NCBI GenBank assembly: GCA_963422755.1
Contig: OY730488.1
Strand: one strand, 5' to 3'
Origin: Dehalococcoidia bacterium
GTDB taxonomy: Bacteria; Chloroflexota; Dehalococcoidia; Bin125
Length of the DNA: 64,000 nucleotides
Notes under the pieces: generated by a model
Seen by the model: only the letters and a program-made list of their open reading frames with translations
Told to the model about the DNA's origin: nothing
Database searches by the model: none
Made by a program: the position numbers and the translations under genes
In this document: in pieces, positions 61,013-64,000 of the stretch
Position numbering within the stretch: the stretch's first letter is position 1
Layout: every line of letters starts with the position of its first letter

Positions 61013-62485
61013 CTAGGGGTTGTCCTCGAACTCGTTTTCGTACTGGGCGTACTCGGCGTAGGGGTCGTCTTCGAGGCCTTCATCACTTTCGTGATATCGG
61101 GGGCGCCGCCGGCGGGCACGCTGGGACTCCTGTTCCTGTTCACGTCGCAGGACGTCTTCGGCGAAGCGAATCTGGCCCTCGTCGCGCTCAGCCGATGCGA
61201 TCTCCGTGGCCTGCAGGACCGGTTCAGGCTCCGGCTCTTCTTCCGCGAGCTGCGGTTTTTCAGTCGGCGCGGGCGGGCGGGCAGAGTCCACATCCTCGAC
61301 TGGCGGTAGCGTCGGCAGAGCGGCGTCGACCTGTGGCACCGGCGGCGGCGGCACTGGCTCGGGCGCGGCAGCCGGTTCTGGCTCGATCTCGAAGTCCTGC
61401 TGTGGGGCGAATGGTCCGCGCCCATCCTGCTGCATGCGTTCTGCGACGGTCTGCGGCTTGATGTCGATGCGGTAGCCGGTCAGGCGGGCGGCGAGACGCG
61501 CGTTCTGCCCCTCACGGCCAATGGCCAGGCTGAGTTGCATGTCCGGCACGGCGCACTCGGCGGTGTTGGTCTCGGGGTCGATGCGCACTGCGAGTATCTG
61601 CGCGGGGCTCAGAGCGTGCTCGACGAACCGGCGCGGATCGCGATCCCACTGCACTACATCAACACGCTCGCCGTTCAGTTCGTTGACGATGTTCTGGATG
61701 CGCATCGCGCGCATCCCAATACAGCTGCCAATGGGGTCGATCCCCACCTGCTGCGAGGAGACGGCAACCTTGGTGCGATGGCCAGGTTCACGAGCGACGC
61801 CGCGAATCTCGACGACTCCGCGGCTGATCTCTGGCACTTCCAACTCAAACAGTCGCTGGACGAACTCAGGGCGCGAGCGCGAGGTGATGATTTGCGGTCC
61901 CTTGTTCGCCCGCAGCACCTCGACCAATAGCGCCTTGATCCGTTGTCCGCTGCGATAGCGCTCCATCCGCACCATCTCCCGGGAGGGCATCACGGTCTCG
62001 GTAGTGTCGCCGAGCTCGACGATCACCTGGTGTGGCTCCACGCGCTGGACGGTGCCGCTGACGATCCCGCCTTCGTCTCCCGAATAGCGGGCGAAGATGG
62101 CGTCCCGCTCCGCCTCGCGCAGTGCCTGCAGCACGACCTGCTTGGCGGTCTGCGCTTCGATTCGCCCGCCGACGTTGTCGATGGCGTGATCCCGGCGCAG
62201 GGTTGAGCCGATCTGCATCGACTCGTCGGCCTGACGGGCGCGTTCGAGTTCGATTTGCAGGTCAGGCTCGGCGATGTCCTCCTCGATCTCGACTACCTCC
62301 TGCTCCGACCAGACTTTCATGTCGCCGTCGTAGCGATCGATCTGGACGAAGACGTTGCCGGGTAACTCGTAGCGCCGCTTGACCGCAGCGGCCATACCAC
62401 GCTCCACCGCCTCGAAGATGGTCTCGTCGTCGAGATTCTTGTCGGCGCGCAGCTGCTTGATCGCGAGCAGGAAATCGGTCTTCAT
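61013..62485 (-). CDS. nusA: Transcription termination/antitermination factor NusA with Pro/acidic-rich C-terminal extension
   Basis: Start at MKTDFLLAIKQLRADKNL. N-terminal domain, S1 and two KH domains, then ~130 aa Pro- and Glu/Asp-rich tail. Confidence 0.9.
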   Translation of the reverse strand: MKTDFLLAIKQLRADKNLDDETIFEAVERGMAAAVKRRYELPGNVFVQIDRYDGDMKVWSEQEVVEIEEDIAEPDLQIELERARQADESMQIGSTLRRDHAIDNVGGRIEAQTAKQVVLQALREAERDAIFARYSGDEGGIVSGTVQRVEPHQVIVELGDTTETVMPSREMVRMERYRSGQRIKALLVEVLRANKGPQIITSRSRPEFVQRLFELEVPEISRGVVEIRGVAREPGHRTKVAVSSQQVGIDPIGSCIGMRAMRIQNIVNELNGERVDVVQWDRDPRRFVEHALSPAQILAVRIDPETNTAECAVPDMQLSLAIGREGQNARLAARLTGYRIDIKPQTVAERMQQDGRGPFAPQQDFEIEPEPAAAPEPVPPPPVPQVDAALPTLPPVEDVDSARPPAPTEKPQLAEEEPEPEPVLQATEIASAERDEGQIRFAEDVLRREQEQESQRARRRRPRYHESDEGLEDDPYAEYAQYENEFEDNP

Positions 62486-62713
62486 CGAGTCAGCCGTCCA
62501 GCTAGAAACACACAACGAGTCAGCATGGGACGGGTCTGTACCTGCGGCGCAGGATCAGACCAGGCCGCCCGACCCTCACCCAGCCTCCACATAGTTGACT
62601 ATACACCGCATCCTGACTGCCAACGCAGTCAGTAGCGCTAGCAGCTCTAGTGATCTCTATGGCATAGACATCAGCATCGGCGACAATCGCTTGGGCGCGT
62701 CGCGTGACGCGGG

Positions 62714-64000
62714 CTAGGGCAGCGAGGCAAGTGCCGCCAACGCCGCCTCGACCGCATGGTCGAGCGGCACGGACGCGGTATCCGCTTCCCGGCGGGGCTT
62801 CAGCTCGATCATTCCCCGCTTGAGCCCCCGTGCGCCGATCGTGATGCGCAGCGGCGCGCCGAGCAGGTCGGCGTCGTTGAACTTGACACCCGCCCGTTCA
62901 TTGCGGTCGTCGGTGAGGATCCGTAGCCCGGCATTGGAGAGTGATCCGGCGATGTCGTTGACCGCTGCCAGTACGTCGGCGCCACCGCCCAGCGGGACGA
63001 TGTGGACATCGAACGGCGCCACGGAGCGCGGCCAGACGATGCCAAGCTCGTCGTGATTCGCTTGCACGATCGCGGCCATCAAGCGCTCCACACCGATGCC
63101 ATAGCAGCCCATAATCGGCGTGCGCCGCGCGCCTTCGGCGTCGAGGAAGGTCGCATCCATGGGCTCGGCATAGCGTGTGCCGAGCTTGAAGATATGGCCA
63201 AGCTCGATGCCGCGCTGCATCTGCAGTCTCCCGCCGCACGTTGCACAGGCGCGCCCCGGTTGGGCGAGCGCAATATCGGCGACGGTTGACGCCGACCAGT
63301 CGCGGCCGTAGGTCACATGGCGCAGGTGCGCGTCGGGCTGATTCGCGCCTGCGATCAGCCCAGCAGTGTCAACGACGCTGGTGTCGGCGACCACGCGCGA
63401 GGGGTCGACGCCGATCGGCGAGGCGTAGCCGGCGACCCAGCCGGCGGCGTCGACCTCCTCGGGCAGCAGCGGCCGCGCCTCCTGCGCGTCGAGCGCGTTG
63501 AGCAGCTTGAGCTCGTTGACCTCCAGGTCGCCGCGGATCACGACGAAGGTCGGCTCGCCGTCGACCAGGAAGAACGCTGCCTTGGCGGTCGCCTGCTCGG
63601 GCACGCTGAGGAACTCGGCCAGCGCCTGGATCGTATTCACGCCCGGCGTCTCGACTGTTTCTAGATCGCCGTCTGAGCCCGCCGCTTCGCCGCGGGCGAA
63701 CTCCGCCCGTTCCTGGTTGGCGGCATAGCCGCAGGACGGACAGCGGATGATGTTGTCCTCGCCGATCTCGGTCAGAAAGATGAACTCCTCCGACTGCTTA
63801 CCGCCAATCGCTCCTGAATCAGCTTGCACGGCGACCACGGGCACGGCACATCGTTTGAAGATGTTGTGGTAGGCCTGTCGCATCGCTAGATAGTTGGCCT
63901 GAAATGCGTCGTCGTCGACGTCGAACGTGTACGCGTCCTTCATGATGAACTCGCGCACGCGCACCAGACCACCACGCGGGCGCGGCTCGTCGCGGAACTT
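62714..64000 (-). CDS. proS: Proline--tRNA ligase, C-terminal ~430 codons; gene runs off the window end
   Basis: Class II aaRS motif 2/3 region (FRDEPRPRGGLVRVREFIMKDAYTF continues in-frame to the window edge). Editing/anticodon-binding domains follow. Confidence 0.85.
   Translation of the reverse strand, partial: KFRDEPRPRGGLVRVREFIMKDAYTFDVDDDAFQANYLAMRQAYHNIFKRCAVPVVAVQADSGAIGGKQSEEFIFLTEIGEDNIIRCPSCGYAANQERAEFARGEAAGSDGDLETVETPGVNTIQALAEFLSVPEQATAKAAFFLVDGEPTFVVIRGDLEVNELKLLNALDAQEARPLLPEEVDAAGWVAGYASPIGVDPSRVVADTSVVDTAGLIAGANQPDAHLRHVTYGRDWSASTVADIALAQPGRACATCGGRLQMQRGIELGHIFKLGTRYAEPMDATFLDAEGARRTPIMGCYGIGVERLMAAIVQANHDELGIVWPRSVAPFDVHIVPLGGGADVLAAVNDIAGSLSNAGLRILTDDRNERAGVKFNDADLLGAPLRITIGARGLKRGMIELKPRREADTASVPLDHAVEAALAALASLP

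Overview
High-GC (~65-68%) bacterial chromosomal segment, mostly housekeeping genes with one small accessory block. The phylum cannot be assigned with confidence from the sequence alone.

Main contents, in order along the window:
- A cluster of four tRNAs (Met, Val, Leu, Arg), then uvrC, eno, xerD, gap, ffh and the rpsP-KH-rimM group.
- tRNA-Ala, tRNA-Phe and tRNA-Ser at separate sites.
- A long minus-strand thiamin operon (thiD-thiE-thiO-thiS-thiG-tenA-thiYZX-tenI) that starts with a TPP riboswitch and continues into a ~1000-aa FAD/Fe-S oxidoreductase.
- A thiolase/DUF35 pair, sucCD, and miaB.
- An NrtR-nadABC unit with a palindromic candidate operator upstream of nadA.
- The rpsB-tsf-pyrH-frr-uppS-cdsA-dxr-rseP block.
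- An accessory catabolic cluster: amidohydrolase, SDR, two tandem P450 genes and a CocE/NonD hydrolase.
- The nusA-ylxR-infB-rbfA-truB operon and a partial proS at the window end.

The two most interesting items:
1. An orphan PrdB-like (D-proline-reductase subunit B family) gene at 29223-30458 is interrupted by a single in-frame TGA. The TGA sits in a U-x-x-C motif and a SECIS-like hairpin starts 11 nt downstream. This makes it a probable selenoprotein with a novel ~165-aa C-terminal extension and no prdA partner.
2. A 1.5-kb single-gene island of clearly lower GC (~50%) at 51237-52781 encodes a MORC/Hsp90-like GHKL ATPase with an uncharacterised C-terminal half. It is wedged convergently against native genes and is a candidate defence or mobile gene.

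Other observations:
- Two translationally coupled, divergent thymidylate-kinase-fold paralogs.
- An uncharacterised two-gene unit next to xerD.
- A protein built from 33-bp tandem repeats.
- A frameshifted alpha/beta hydrolase.
- A LysM-like insertion in RseP.
- A tandem P450 duplication.

Coordinates derived from the ORF track are exact. tRNA and regulatory-site coordinates were read by eye and may be off by 1-2 nt.
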